Below, in pieces: positions 19,333 through 29,622 of a stretch of DNA of 64,000 nt (position 1 is the stretch's first letter; each line of letters opens with the position of its first letter). Position numbers and translations under genes: made by a program. Under the pieces are notes generated by a model. That model saw only the letters and a list, made by a program, of their open reading frames with translations, ran no database searches and was not told where the DNA came from. Source of the stretch: Sedimentisphaerales bacterium (GTDB lineage: Bacteria; Planctomycetota; Phycisphaerae; Sedimentisphaerales; Anaerobacaceae); NCBI GenBank assembly GCA_963708075.1, contig OY970194.1, positions 2,272,001-2,336,000 on the forward strand, read 5' to 3'.

Positions 19333-20487
19333 TCACTCGCCTCCTTCCACGTTGAACTCGATGCCCCGCAGTTTTCGTACCAGGGCTTGCCGGGCCTGAT
19401 CGAGCACGACCATCGTATTGTGGAACTCCCGGCGGACGGGGTAATTCTTCCGCAGCGAGTCGAAGAAACGCCCTCGCTTCTCCGGCGGCTGATCCACTAT
19501 CCGCCGGAGATCCCGGTCATCCCGCCTCACACTGTACACCTGCTCCACCGCGCGGGCGAGCAACTCCTCATCGGCCAGACCTTCCGTGTGCAGTTCCAGT
19601 CGCGGGACCTCCGGGGGCGGCAGGAAATCCCGCGTATCGAATCGCGGCTGCAAGTGGAAGTATTCACAGAAGGCTCTGTAGATCATCGTCATGCCGGCGA
19701 TTTTGCCATCGAGCGAATAGCCCGCGATGTGAGGCGTGCCGAGATCGACCGTTTCCAGCAACTCGGTGTCAATGTCCGGCTCGCCCTCCCAGACGTCGAG
19801 CACGACCGCCCGCAGTCGGCCGCTGCGGATCGCGGACTTCAGGGCCTCCGTGTCAACCACCGCCCCCCGTGATGCGTTCAGGAAGACCGCCCCGGGTTTG
19901 AGCGAAGAGAAGAATCCATCGCCGGCGAGGTGGAACGTCTTGTCGATGCCTTCGTGCGTTAAAGGCGTGTGAATCGTCAAACAGTCACAGCCATAGAGCG
20001 ACTCGACGGGCACGTACTTTGGGTCGCCGGTCTTGCGTTGCAGCGGCGGGTCGTTGCGCAGCACGCGCATGCCCAGGGCCTCGCACTTGCGGGCCACCCG
20101 GCTCCCGACATTCCCCACGCCGATGACGCCAATCGACTTACCCTCCAGTTGAATTCCGTGCTTTCGCCCCACTTCCAGCAAGGCGCCGATGATGTACTCG
20201 GCCGCGGAGTTGGCATTCGAGCCCGGCGCCGAGGCGAAGCCGATGTTGTTCTTTTCGAGATATGGCAGGTCCACGTGATCGAAACCAATCGTGGCCGTCG
20301 CGACAAAACGTACGCGGCTGCCGGAAAGCAATGCCTCATCGACTCGCGTGATGCTGCGAACCAGCAGCGCATCCGCAGCGGCGATCACTCCCGGCGTGAT
20401 GTCACGCCCGCCCAGGACCTCCACGTCCCCCACCGATGAAAAACACTCACGAACGAACGGAATATTGGCATCCGCCACGATCTTCAT
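19333..20487 (-). CDS. pdxB: 4-phosphoerythronate dehydrogenase
   Basis: MKIVADANIP, LLVRS, TATIGFDHVD, TPHIAGYS, YPVRREF. Confidence 0.93.
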   Translation of the reverse strand: MKIVADANIPFVRECFSSVGDVEVLGGRDITPGVIAAADALLVRSITRVDEALLSGSRVRFVATATIGFDHVDLPYLEKNNIGFASAPGSNANSAAEYIIGALLEVGRKHGIQLEGKSIGVIGVGNVGSRVARKCEALGMRVLRNDPPLQRKTGDPKYVPVESLYGCDCLTIHTPLTHEGIDKTFHLAGDGFFSSLKPGAVFLNASRGAVVDTEALKSAIRSGRLRAVVLDVWEGEPDIDTELLETVDLGTPHIAGYSLDGKIAGMTMIYRAFCEYFHLQPRFDTRDFLPPPEVPRLELHTEGLADEELLARAVEQVYSVRRDDRDLRRIVDQPPEKRGRFFDSLRKNYPVRREFHNTMVVLDQARQALVRKLRGIEFNVEGGE

Positions 20488-20493
20488 GCTACC

Positions 20494-21528
20494 TCACAAC
20501 CCAACGCCCGCGATTTGCGTCCCGCACTGCGGGCATTTGAAATCCTGGATATGATTCGCCACGATCCGGTAACCCATCCGCTCGATGAGCATTCGGCCGC
20601 AACTATGGCAATAGGTGTTCTCGGCGTCCGTGCCGGGCACGTTGCCGAGGTACACGTAATGCAGGCCGGCGGCCTTGCCGATCCGCTCCGCCCGCTGCAG
20701 CGACTCCAGCGGCGTCGGGCCGGAATCCGTGTACTTGTACTGCGGATAGAACCGGCTGATGTGCCAGGGGACATCGGGTCCGGCCTCCGTGACCAGCCAG
20801 TCAGCGAGCTTCTTCAACTCCTCTTCTGAATCGTTCTGGCCGGGCAGCAGGAGGGTCGTGATCTCGATCCAGATCTTCGTTTGTTTCGCGATATACGCAA
20901 TCGAGTCCAGCACCGGTTGAAGCCGGGCGCTGCACAGCTTCTTGTAGTAATCATCGGTGAACGCCTTGAGGTCCACGTTGATCGCGTCGAGCCAGTCAGC
21001 GGCGAAATCAATCGCCTCTCGCGTCATATAGCCGTTGCTGACGAAAACGTTGGCCAGTCCCCTCTCTTTGGCCGGCCGGGCGCAGTCGTTGCACAACTCC
21101 ATGAAGATCGTCGGCTCGGTGTACGTGTAAGCGATGCTCCTGCATCCGGTTCGGACGGCCGCCGTGACGATCTGCTCCGGCGACGTCTTCTCGCCGTCGA
21201 TCCGGCCGGTCTCGATGGCGGCCTGGCTGATCTGCCAGTTCTGGCAAAACTCACATCGGAAATTGCAGCCGATGGCGGCGATGGAGAAGCTTCGGCTGCC
21301 CGGCTGAAAGTGATAGAGCGGCTTCTTCTCGATGGGGTCGGGATTGGCCGCACAGATCTTGCCGTAGTTCAGCGAGTACAGCTTTTCGCCGATATTCTTA
21401 CGCACATAGCAGTGCCCCAGCTTGCCCTCGCCGATCAGGCAACGGAAATTGCACAGGTGGCATCGCACCCGCCGGCCCTCGGCAGGCTCCCAAAGCACCG
21501 CTTCCTTAAATAGTTCTGTCGGTTCCAT
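20494..21528 (-). CDS. amrS: AmmeMemoRadiSam system radical SAM enzyme
   Basis: DPIEKKPLYHF, CNFRCEFCQNWQISQ, YTYTEP, YVYLGNV. Confidence 0.92.
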   Translation of the reverse strand: MEPTELFKEAVLWEPAEGRRVRCHLCNFRCLIGEGKLGHCYVRKNIGEKLYSLNYGKICAANPDPIEKKPLYHFQPGSRSFSIAAIGCNFRCEFCQNWQISQAAIETGRIDGEKTSPEQIVTAAVRTGCRSIAYTYTEPTIFMELCNDCARPAKERGLANVFVSNGYMTREAIDFAADWLDAINVDLKAFTDDYYKKLCSARLQPVLDSIAYIAKQTKIWIEITTLLLPGQNDSEEELKKLADWLVTEAGPDVPWHISRFYPQYKYTDSGPTPLESLQRAERIGKAAGLHYVYLGNVPGTDAENTYCHSCGRMLIERMGYRIVANHIQDFKCPQCGTQIAGVGL

Positions 21529-21613
21529 ATGCCAGGGTTTACCATTCCACGGTACTATGCACAAGTGGGTGATTTCCTATGTCTCAGCGCGAACGCAAAA
21601 CGGCCTAACATGG

Positions 21614-21703
21614 CGGGTGGCAGCGTCAAGCGCAGCTTGGCGATGGCGACTGTCACACGCGCAGGACCATCGCCAAGGCCTTCGGCCTTGACGCTGCCAC
21701 CCG
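21614..21703. repeat. REPIN-like palindrome family A
   Basis: GGGTGGCAGCGTCAAG...CTTGACGCTGCCACCC; copies at 51233, 57797, 63660. Confidence 0.85.
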
Positions 21704-21790
21704 GCGAACGTCTTCAACACATCCATTGGTGGGACTCTGCAATCACCTGCACTTATGCGCCGAGAGACGCTGCCGGACGCCATTTCCCCA

Positions 21791-24652
21791 TCACAGCCCG
21801 TAGCTGCGGGCGATGAGCTTGACGGGGTGCGTGGCGACAGCGGGCGCGATGTGCTCGATCTGCATCTTGCAGGCGGCGCACTCCGTGATGATGTCCTGCG
21901 TCGGCGAGGCCTTGATGGCACTGCGCAGACTCTCGGAGATCTGCGCGCATAGATCATAATTCTTCGCCTGCATGCCGAACGTGCCGGCCAGGCCACAGCA
22001 GCCCGCACGCAGGTCCGCAACATCTACCTTGAAGTGCTCCTGCAACAGCCGCAACGTGACCGTGTCGTCGCCCAGCGCACACTGATGACACGGCAGGTGG
22101 TAGCCAAATTTGCCCGTGATCGCCTGCTGCGGGGCCTTGAGTTTGCCCTGACCTCGCAGGTCCAGCAGATAGGTCATCAGCTCACGGGTGTTCTGCGCGA
22201 CGAGCGTCGCGTCCTCGCCCGCGACATAATGGCGCAACTCCTCTTTCAGGCACAGGGCCGCACTGGGCTCGGAACAGACGATCTTGCAGCCGCCGCGCAC
22301 AGCCGCCGCAAGATGTCTCACGTTATATGCGAGATCGCGCCGCGCGGTCTTGACATTGCCATAGACGATGGCCGGCAGCGGAGCGGGCCGCTGCTCGGGC
22401 AGGATAACCTCCACGCCGTTGTGCCGCAGAACATCAAGAACGGCAAAGCCAAGCTCGTGGTCGTTGTAGTTGGCATACGTATCGACGAAGTACGCCACCT
22501 TGTCCACCGGCTCTACGATTGGCTCGCACGCGGCCAGGTACTTGCGGCCGGCTCCCAGGAATGAGCCTCGCACAAATCTCGGCATACTTCGCCGCGCGTC
22601 AATGCCTGCGACTTTCTCCAGCAGCCATTTCGAGGCGGGTAATCGCATCAGGACGTTCGAAAGAGGCGCGAACAGGCTGCCCATTCTGCTGAGATAGCGA
22701 TTACGACTCAGCACGAACTCAGGCCGGCGCGAGCCCTTGCGTTTGACATACTCGGCACGGGCCGCCGCCATCAGCGTCGAGACTGTGACCCCGGAGGGAC
22801 ACTCCCGCTCACACATCTTGCAGTTCACGCAGAGATCGAGAATCTTGCGGAACTCCGGCGACTCGAAGTCCTTCTCGTCAAGCTGCCCCGTCGCCCAGTA
22901 ATGGAGCAGATTCGCCTTGGCCCGGGAGCTGCCCAGCTCATCGCCCATCGCACGGAACACCGGGCACATGCGCAGCCCCGGCTCCCTGCCCAGGCACAGC
23001 CCGCATCCGTAACATTGCTCGAACTCCAGTTCCAGCTCGTTCGGCTTGAAGAGCATCTCCGACCTGGCCCTCTCGGGTCGAACGAGGTGTGCCCGGCGAA
23101 GGTCCTTGAACATCACGTCAGGGTCTTCATTGAGGATTTTGCCCGGGTTCATCAACGCCGCCGGATCGAATATCGTCTTGATCTTCTTCAGGATCTCGTA
23201 ATATTCGTCACCGTACTGCCGGCGGACAAATCCAGCGCGAATCAAGCCCACCGCGTGCTCCCCGCTGATGGTGCCTCCGAGGGACCATGCGAGCGAGTAC
23301 ACGTCCTCCGCAATCGCAAGCATCTTCTCGCGATCCCTGGGATCGCTCAGGTCGATGTACGGGCGTACATGCAGTTCCCCATCGCCGGCATGGCCGAAGA
23401 ACGACATCGTGATGTCATACTTCTTCGCGATTGTCTGGAGCCCGGCCAGGTAATCCGCGAGCTGCCTGTGGTCCACGCTGACGTCTTCCATGAACTCCGC
23501 CGGATGCTTGCGGCTGCGTCCCCGGTACAGCAAGGGCCCTGCGTCCTTGCGGGACTTCCAGGCGCGGGCCTGGGCCTTTGGCTCCATCATGATCGTCCGG
23601 CCGGCAGCTCTCTTGCCGACGGCCAGATCGGTCGCTCCGATCTTCTCGCGGACCTCGGTCTGCGAGCCTCCCACATGCTCGACCAGAAGCACGGCAGCCA
23701 CGCCGGCAGGAAGAATATCCCGGTACTGGGGAAGCTGATCGATGGCCATCCGGATCAGGGACTGATCCATCACCTCACACGCCGTCGGGTTGGTTCGAAT
23801 GATCGTCGGAACGGCCCGGGCCATGCTGTCCAGCGAGTCGAACTCCAACTGGAGAAGCCCCTTCACGGCCGGCAGAGGCACGGTCCGCAGACTGATGCTG
23901 GTGAGGATCGCCAGCGTCCCCTCCGAGCCGGCCAGAAGACGCGCCAGATCGATCGTATTGTCATAGCAGATCCCGGCGATATTGTAGCCGCAGCGGTTGC
24001 GTTTCGTGGCGGGCAGCGCCTTGTCGATGACGGCTTTGTTGGCGGTCAGCAGCGACCAGCATTCCCGGGCTATCGAGCCGGCCCTGTCCCCGCGCGCCTG
24101 CCCCACGTCCACCGCGTTGTGGAACTCCGCCGTCCCACCGCCGGCCAGCACGGCATCGACGCTCTCCACGAAGGCGCCGATGTGCCCGTACTGGAGAGAA
24201 TGGGAGCCAGTCGCGTTGTTCGCCACTACGCCGCCTACGGTCGCCCGGTTGGCGCTCGACGGATCGGGTCCGATCTTGCGGCCGAACTCCGCGAGCCGCT
24301 TGTTCAGATCATCCAGCACGACGCCCGGCTCGCAGGTCACAATCTCATCGGACATGCGGACAATCCGCTTCATATAGCGGGTCATGTCCAGGACGATCCC
24401 GCTGCACAGGGATTCGCCCGCCAGCCCGCTGCCCGCGCCCTGCGCCGCTACCGGCAGGCCCTCATTGGCCGCATACCGGACAATCGCCACAATCTCCCGC
24501 ACGTCGCGAGGCGCCACGACGCATTGCGGCACGATCCGGTAGCTGCTGGCGTCCGTGCTGAACGCGACGCGATGGATGATATCCGCAAATACATCCCCAC
24601 GGATAAGCTTCGTCAGATCGGCGGCGATTTGTGATGGCTCTTTCTGTCCCAT
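21791..24652 (-). CDS. FAD-linked oxidase / 4Fe-4S / CCG-domain oxidoreductase (GlcD-GlpC-like fusion)
   Basis: GPDPSS, GSEGTL, GHAGDG, SGEH, CxxCxxCxxxCP, CCGLAG. Confidence 0.88.
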   Translation of the reverse strand: MGQKEPSQIAADLTKLIRGDVFADIIHRVAFSTDASSYRIVPQCVVAPRDVREIVAIVRYAANEGLPVAAQGAGSGLAGESLCSGIVLDMTRYMKRIVRMSDEIVTCEPGVVLDDLNKRLAEFGRKIGPDPSSANRATVGGVVANNATGSHSLQYGHIGAFVESVDAVLAGGGTAEFHNAVDVGQARGDRAGSIARECWSLLTANKAVIDKALPATKRNRCGYNIAGICYDNTIDLARLLAGSEGTLAILTSISLRTVPLPAVKGLLQLEFDSLDSMARAVPTIIRTNPTACEVMDQSLIRMAIDQLPQYRDILPAGVAAVLLVEHVGGSQTEVREKIGATDLAVGKRAAGRTIMMEPKAQARAWKSRKDAGPLLYRGRSRKHPAEFMEDVSVDHRQLADYLAGLQTIAKKYDITMSFFGHAGDGELHVRPYIDLSDPRDREKMLAIAEDVYSLAWSLGGTISGEHAVGLIRAGFVRRQYGDEYYEILKKIKTIFDPAALMNPGKILNEDPDVMFKDLRRAHLVRPERARSEMLFKPNELELEFEQCYGCGLCLGREPGLRMCPVFRAMGDELGSSRAKANLLHYWATGQLDEKDFESPEFRKILDLCVNCKMCERECPSGVTVSTLMAAARAEYVKRKGSRRPEFVLSRNRYLSRMGSLFAPLSNVLMRLPASKWLLEKVAGIDARRSMPRFVRGSFLGAGRKYLAACEPIVEPVDKVAYFVDTYANYNDHELGFAVLDVLRHNGVEVILPEQRPAPLPAIVYGNVKTARRDLAYNVRHLAAAVRGGCKIVCSEPSAALCLKEELRHYVAGEDATLVAQNTRELMTYLLDLRGQGKLKAPQQAITGKFGYHLPCHQCALGDDTVTLRLLQEHFKVDVADLRAGCCGLAGTFGMQAKNYDLCAQISESLRSAIKASPTQDIITECAACKMQIEHIAPAVATHPVKLIARSYGL

Positions 24653-24657
24653 GTCGT

Positions 24658-25542
24658 CTATTGCTCGAAATCCCTGGGTAGGAACTGTGATGTCGCCGCG
24701 GCCCCGGTCATTCGCAGCACGGCCAGATCGTCCTCGCTGACCTGACCATTGATGAACTGCTGCACCACCGGATGGGGGTGGTTACGGATATAGTCGGCGT
24801 CCCCGTCCGCAATGATTTTCCCGTTGTGCAGCATGATGATCCGGTCCGCCACTTTGTACGCACTTTTCATATCGTGGGTCACCACGACGGTGGTCACGCC
24901 CAGTTCCCGCTCCAGCTTGAGGATGAGCTCGTTGATGATATCCGAGCGAATCGGGTCCAGGCCCGTCGTCGGCTCATCGTACAGGATCACCTCGGGATTG
25001 AGGGCAATCGCGCGGGCCAGGGCCACCCGCTTTCGCTGGCCGCCCGAGAGACTGGCCGGATAGTAGTTCTGAAAACCGTCCAGCCCAACCATCGCCAGCT
25101 TCGCCTTTACGAGCTCATCGATCTCCCGCGAGCTCCTCATCCTGTGATGTTGCTGGATCGGGAACAGGATATTCTCCGCGACGGTCATGCTGTCGAAGAG
25201 CGCTCCTTCCTGAAAGAGGTACCCGAAGTGCGTGCGCACATCCTCCAGCTCATGCTCGCTCAGGTTGTCCACCCGCCGGCCCTTGAAGAGCACCTCGCCT
25301 TCGGACGGCCGGATCAGAACGATGAAATGCTTGATCAGCACGGTCTTGCCGCAACCGCTCGGGCCGATCACGACGGTCGTTTTGCCCTTCTCGATCGACA
25401 GCGATATGTTGTCGAGGACAAGCTTCTCGCCGAACCTCTTGGTCAGGTTGCGGGCCTCAAGGATCGCTTCCGACCGGCCGTTCCCGTGCCCCTGGTTGTT
25501 ATCGCCCGTCATACCATCCAAAACCGGCTCTCCATGATTCAC
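24658..25542 (-). CDS. mlaF: MlaF/Mkl-type ABC transporter ATP-binding protein
   Basis: GPSGCGKT, LSGGQRKR, YDEPTTGLDP; GTG start overlaps the mlaE stop. Confidence 0.85.
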   Translation of the reverse strand: MNHGEPVLDGMTGDNNQGHGNGRSEAILEARNLTKRFGEKLVLDNISLSIEKGKTTVVIGPSGCGKTVLIKHFIVLIRPSEGEVLFKGRRVDNLSEHELEDVRTHFGYLFQEGALFDSMTVAENILFPIQQHHRMRSSREIDELVKAKLAMVGLDGFQNYYPASLSGGQRKRVALARAIALNPEVILYDEPTTGLDPIRSDIINELILKLERELGVTTVVVTHDMKSAYKVADRIIMLHNGKIIADGDADYIRNHPHPVVQQFINGQVSEDDLAVLRMTGAAATSQFLPRDFEQ

Positions 25543-26351
25543 GTAACTATGCTCGTAAGCGGCCAGAAGATCTCGTAGATGTTCTTGGCAATCACCGCAA
25601 TCGCAAAATCCAGGGCCAGGATCGAGATGAAGCTGGCGACAAACGCCTCTGTACAGGCCTGTCCGACCCCATGAGCGCCTTCCTTGCAGGTAAAGCCCTT
25701 GTAGCAGCTTATGGCGGCAATGGCCCCGCCGAAGAAGAATGCCTTGATGATCCCAATGGAAACATCCCACATCGCCACGGCCGAAGCGCTGTGGTTCCAG
25801 TACGCGCGGCTGTTGATCCCCAACTGGAGGAAGCTGACCAGCGCGCCGCCGACGACGCCCATGAGGTCCGCGAAGACGGTCAGCACCGGCGTAAGCAGCA
25901 GGCTGGCCAGGAGCCGGGGTGCGACAAGATAGCGAATCGGGTCTGTTCCCATGCTTCGGACGGCAGCGATCTGCTCGGTAACGTTCATCGTTCCGAGCTC
26001 CGCCGTCAGCGCCCCGCCGATGCGACCGGCCAGCATGACCGCCGCCAGCACGGGCCCCAGCTCTTTGACCACGGAGATATTGATCAGCACCCCCAAGTGC
26101 TCCTCCAGTCCCATGCCCGCAAGCTGATCGTACGCCTGGACCGCCAGCGTCATGCCTACGAATGCGCCGGTGATCATGACCACCGGAACGCTGCGCACCC
26201 CGATGAAGAACATCTGGTTCCAGATGAGTGGATAGGTGCGGCGATGAACGAAACTGCGTGCCGAGGTGGCCGTTGCCCGCCAGGCAAATCGCCCGAAACG
26301 ACCGGCGTCGATTACTTCCTGGACGGTTCTTGATCCAAGCGATGTCAGCAT
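25539..26351 (-). CDS. mlaE: MlaE-family ABC permease
   Basis: ELGPVL, AELGTM.VTEQI, GVGQA motifs. Confidence 0.88.
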   Translation of the reverse strand: MLTSLGSRTVQEVIDAGRFGRFAWRATATSARSFVHRRTYPLIWNQMFFIGVRSVPVVMITGAFVGMTLAVQAYDQLAGMGLEEHLGVLINISVVKELGPVLAAVMLAGRIGGALTAELGTMNVTEQIAAVRSMGTDPIRYLVAPRLLASLLLTPVLTVFADLMGVVGGALVSFLQLGINSRAYWNHSASAVAMWDVSIGIIKAFFFGGAIAAISCYKGFTCKEGAHGVGQACTEAFVASFISILALDFAIAVIAKNIYEIFWPLTSIVT

Positions 26352-26577
26352 ACGGCAATCCGATTACGACAGGCAAGAAACACCGTGGCCGAATCCATTT
26401 TCAGCCATCGCATGGAGTTGTTTCTAACCCCTGTGTACGTTGTTGTCAAGGGATGGTAGTGCACACCGCGAAATAGGCGAGGCATGACATTTCGCAAGAT
26501 CCGGGCCGATGGGAAGCGGGCAGGATGACCTTTAGCCCGTGCGGATGGTTTGGCAATCGCCAGGGTACAGGAGCTCC

Positions 26578-26669
26578 GGGTGGCACGGGCAGACTCGTTT
26601 GCCCGTGGGGTCTCGAATGGACTGGGCCAATCGAAACAGCACCGTCAAACGAGTTGGGCGGCGCCACCC
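26578..26669. repeat. REP-like family B element
   Basis: GCACGGGCAGACTCGTTTGCCCGTGGGGTCTCGA...CACCGTCAAACGAGTTGGG; inverted copy at ~51351-51436. Confidence 0.75.
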
Positions 26670-26705
26670 GGCGTACTTGGGCGTTTCGTCAGGCAATGCA
26701 GCGAC

Positions 26706-27806
26706 CTATGGCCGGCTGGCCTCCTGGCCCCGTGAGGGCATGAACACCCGCACCGTGTTCTTGCCGGACTGCTTCGCACTGTAGAGCGCCCGGTCCGACC
26801 GGCTGGTAATATCCTCCGGGCTTACATCCGGGCCGTATTGCCCCACGCCAACGCTGACCGACAACGGGATTTGCGTCCGTTGCCAAACCACCGGGGCGCC
26901 GGAAACGGCATCGACAAGCCGCTCCGCAACGACTACGGCATCTTCCAGGGCCGTGCTGGGCAGGATCACCGCGAATTCATCGCCTCCGTAGCGGGCCGCC
27001 AGATCGATCTGGCGGATGCAATCACGGATGTGCCGGCTTACTTCCTTGATGACCTTATCGCCGGCCCGGTGGCCGTACGTATCGTTGATTACCTTGAGGT
27101 TGTCGATATCCGCCATCATCAGCGAGATCGTCCCGCCGTATCGCCGGGACCGCCACAGCTCTTTCTCCAGCGCCTCATAGAAGGTCTTGTGATTGACCAG
27201 ACCGGTCAGGCCGTCCATTGTCGCCTGACGCTGGATCCGCTCAAACAGCTTGATGTTCCCGATGGATGCCCCGATGAGCTGTCCGAATAGCTCGATCAGG
27301 GAGATATCCTCCCGGGTGAAGGCGCCCGCGTCCGCCTTATCCGCCAGGTTCAACACGCCGACAACCCGCTCCTGACAGACGAGCGGTACGATCGCGCAAT
27401 TGGTGGTCTCGTAGTTCCCCGCAAAGGCTCGCTGCGACCGTCTGATCACCGGTTTCGTATGCGTGTCGATGTTGCCGGTCAGGATCAGCTCCTTGCTCTT
27501 GATCGCCATAACCATCGGCGACGGCGGGCTTTGGCTCAGTGAGACGATCCTGTTTATGGGAAACGGGTGGTTGTGGCCGACCAGATGCAGGATGCTGCCA
27601 GTCTCGTCCAGCATATACAACGAGGCGAACCGTGTGCCCACCATGGAGGGGATCTTCTTGACGCATGCGTCTGCGACGCGATGAATATCAAGGCAGTTGA
27701 TCTGCCTCGCCAGCGGAGTCACTTGCTCCAACAGAGTGGCCTTGCCGGCACAGGCAACCACGCTTTCCGTGGATTTGCTGTCTTCGCTCATCATCCTATC
27801 TGCCAT
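26706..27806 (-). CDS. GAF-GGDEF diguanylate cyclase
   Basis: GAF domain; DGLTGL, RYGGDEF; RQID I-site. Confidence 0.92.
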   Translation of the reverse strand: MADRMMSEDSKSTESVVACAGKATLLEQVTPLARQINCLDIHRVADACVKKIPSMVGTRFASLYMLDETGSILHLVGHNHPFPINRIVSLSQSPPSPMVMAIKSKELILTGNIDTHTKPVIRRSQRAFAGNYETTNCAIVPLVCQERVVGVLNLADKADAGAFTREDISLIELFGQLIGASIGNIKLFERIQRQATMDGLTGLVNHKTFYEALEKELWRSRRYGGTISLMMADIDNLKVINDTYGHRAGDKVIKEVSRHIRDCIRQIDLAARYGGDEFAVILPSTALEDAVVVAERLVDAVSGAPVVWQRTQIPLSVSVGVGQYGPDVSPEDITSRSDRALYSAKQSGKNTVRVFMPSRGQEASRP

Positions 27807-28028
27807 TTATCTGACTTGTGATCGTGTCCGTTGTCGTTGCCGCTTCTCTATCGTCCATTCTCTCGCGCCCATTTGGAAAAAATCCCGCACCCCCTTCATA
27901 GTCGTGGAGGTTGCGAAATCACGCAGTAGTTATAGGCCCTCTTCTGTCGGCTTGACTGCCGCACGAGTCGGTCCCGCCACCACATCGATCCCAACTCATC
28001 TTTTTTAAAAAATTCGCCCGAAAAAGTG

Positions 28029-28057
28029 TTGACAAGGTTGTGACATTCGCCTATTTT
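28029..28057 (+). promoter_or_regulatory. sigma70-like promoter
   Basis: TTGACA-N17-TATTTT after an A/T tract. Confidence 0.55.
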
Positions 28058-28396
28058 GCGTTTTACAAAACGTAAAAGACGTTTGGCTTCAGAAGACTTG
28101 CAGGTTTGGTGTGCCGTAGGTCGCAGCGTCGGATCGCAATGTGTCACGAGGCGGTTGCGGTTTCCGCTAAGCGTCACGGATGTGTCACGATGCGTTTGGG
28201 AAGTGGGAGGTTGCGTTTGTTTCACCGTATTCCCCGGCCCTGGTTGGACAGAGGATCATTGATGGAGGTCTCCGCAGTTGCCGTCACATGCCATCGAGGT
28301 CACCGTTCCTCCCGCTTTGCGGACAGGTTCCCGTCGGAATCTGAGGGGCGTGGTTTCAAAGGTTATTGGACCGTGCACGACGCAACCGCGTGAGCT

Positions 28397-28777
28397 ATGC
28401 CCATGATGTGGAATCATGAGACTCATACGTTGAAGGTCCCGGCGAAACGCTATCGGATCGGAGAGCTTGTTCGCTACAGCCCCTTCTCCCGTCAGACGAT
28501 CCACAACTATACCATCATGGGGCTCATTCGCGAGGCGGAGTGGACGCAGGGCGGCCACCGGCTTTACGACGAATCCGTGTTCGACCGGCTTTCGCGAATC
28601 ATGGAGATGAAGAAGACGAAAAGCCTCACCGAGATCCGGCGGATCCTCACTGATGAGGAGAAAGCCTCTCAATCTTCGGTGGAGGATCGCAGGAATACCC
28701 TCGGCAGTCCCCTGACGTTGGAGGACTCGGGCCACACGGATGTGGACCGGACTGCACACGAAGAACGCAGATGCTGA
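28397..28777 (+). CDS. MerR-family HTH regulator (short)
   Basis: YRIGEL...RQTIHNY...GLI...T.GGHRLYD. Confidence 0.85.
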   Translation: MPMMWNHETHTLKVPAKRYRIGELVRYSPFSRQTIHNYTIMGLIREAEWTQGGHRLYDESVFDRLSRIMEMKKTKSLTEIRRILTDEEKASQSSVEDRRNTLGSPLTLEDSGHTDVDRTAHEERRC

Positions 28778-29108
28778 GAACATAATTGAAGTGCGTGACG
28801 GAAGAACAGGCCCGCGGGAGCGATGACCTTGGATGGTTGCAGCTCGCCGGGTGATTCAAGGAAGACCGAAAGGATCAAGGATGGTGCATGCGGCTTCATC
28901 TCTACCGGGTGGTTTCCGTTCTCTTCAGTTCTTCACACCGGACACTATCGCGGTACAGGACCACCCGAGGTCCGCGCCCCCTCTTCGGGTCAGACACCTA
29001 TCCTTACCTTTGATCCACGTGAATTCGTCGCATGACGAGACATCGTTCAGCCTGCGTTGCCGAACGATTGGTGCATAGGACTGTGAGGACTTGCTTGAGG
29101 GGACGCCT

Positions 29109-29600
29109 ATGGACTTGCTATCGTTCATCCCAGACAACGTCACTGAGGTCCTGGTAAAGATTGTCCAGTTCACGGAGCTGCGCCGCGGCATCCTGAACGG
29201 GAATATACGGGGCATGGACACGCCGGGCTACATACCCCGGGATTTGCCCGTCGTCGAGTTTGCCGAGTTGCTCCACGTAGCCATCAGCGAGCACCTTCAA
29301 TATCAGCGACTCCTGTTTCGGGACACGGCAAACATCACCTTTGGAGATGGCGGCACAATGCGCATCCATCCCGTCGCGGATGACCACGCCGCTGCCCTTC
29401 TCAAGGCAAACCCCGATGAATATCTGAACCTGCAGATCAACAGGCTTGTGGAGAATTACCTGAACGGCAAGGTGGCGCAGGAGCTGATACAGCGACACTC
29501 CGGAATGCCCTGCTGCCCGCCTAACGTGGATTCTGCCAATGTGGTGGCGACCGACGCGTCCCCGGAGGACCTGTCGTCACGCCAAGCGGCAACGGACTGA
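29109..29600 (+). CDS. Divergent FlgB-like protein
   Basis: RRGILNGNIRGMDTPGYIPRDL resembles the FlgB N-terminal NIANADTPGY motif; C-terminus atypical. Confidence 0.55.
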   Translation: MDLLSFIPDNVTEVLVKIVQFTELRRGILNGNIRGMDTPGYIPRDLPVVEFAELLHVAISEHLQYQRLLFRDTANITFGDGGTMRIHPVADDHAAALLKANPDEYLNLQINRLVENYLNGKVAQELIQRHSGMPCCPPNVDSANVVATDASPEDLSSRQAATD

Positions 29601-29622
29601 GCGGAGACATCGCAGGAAAGCT

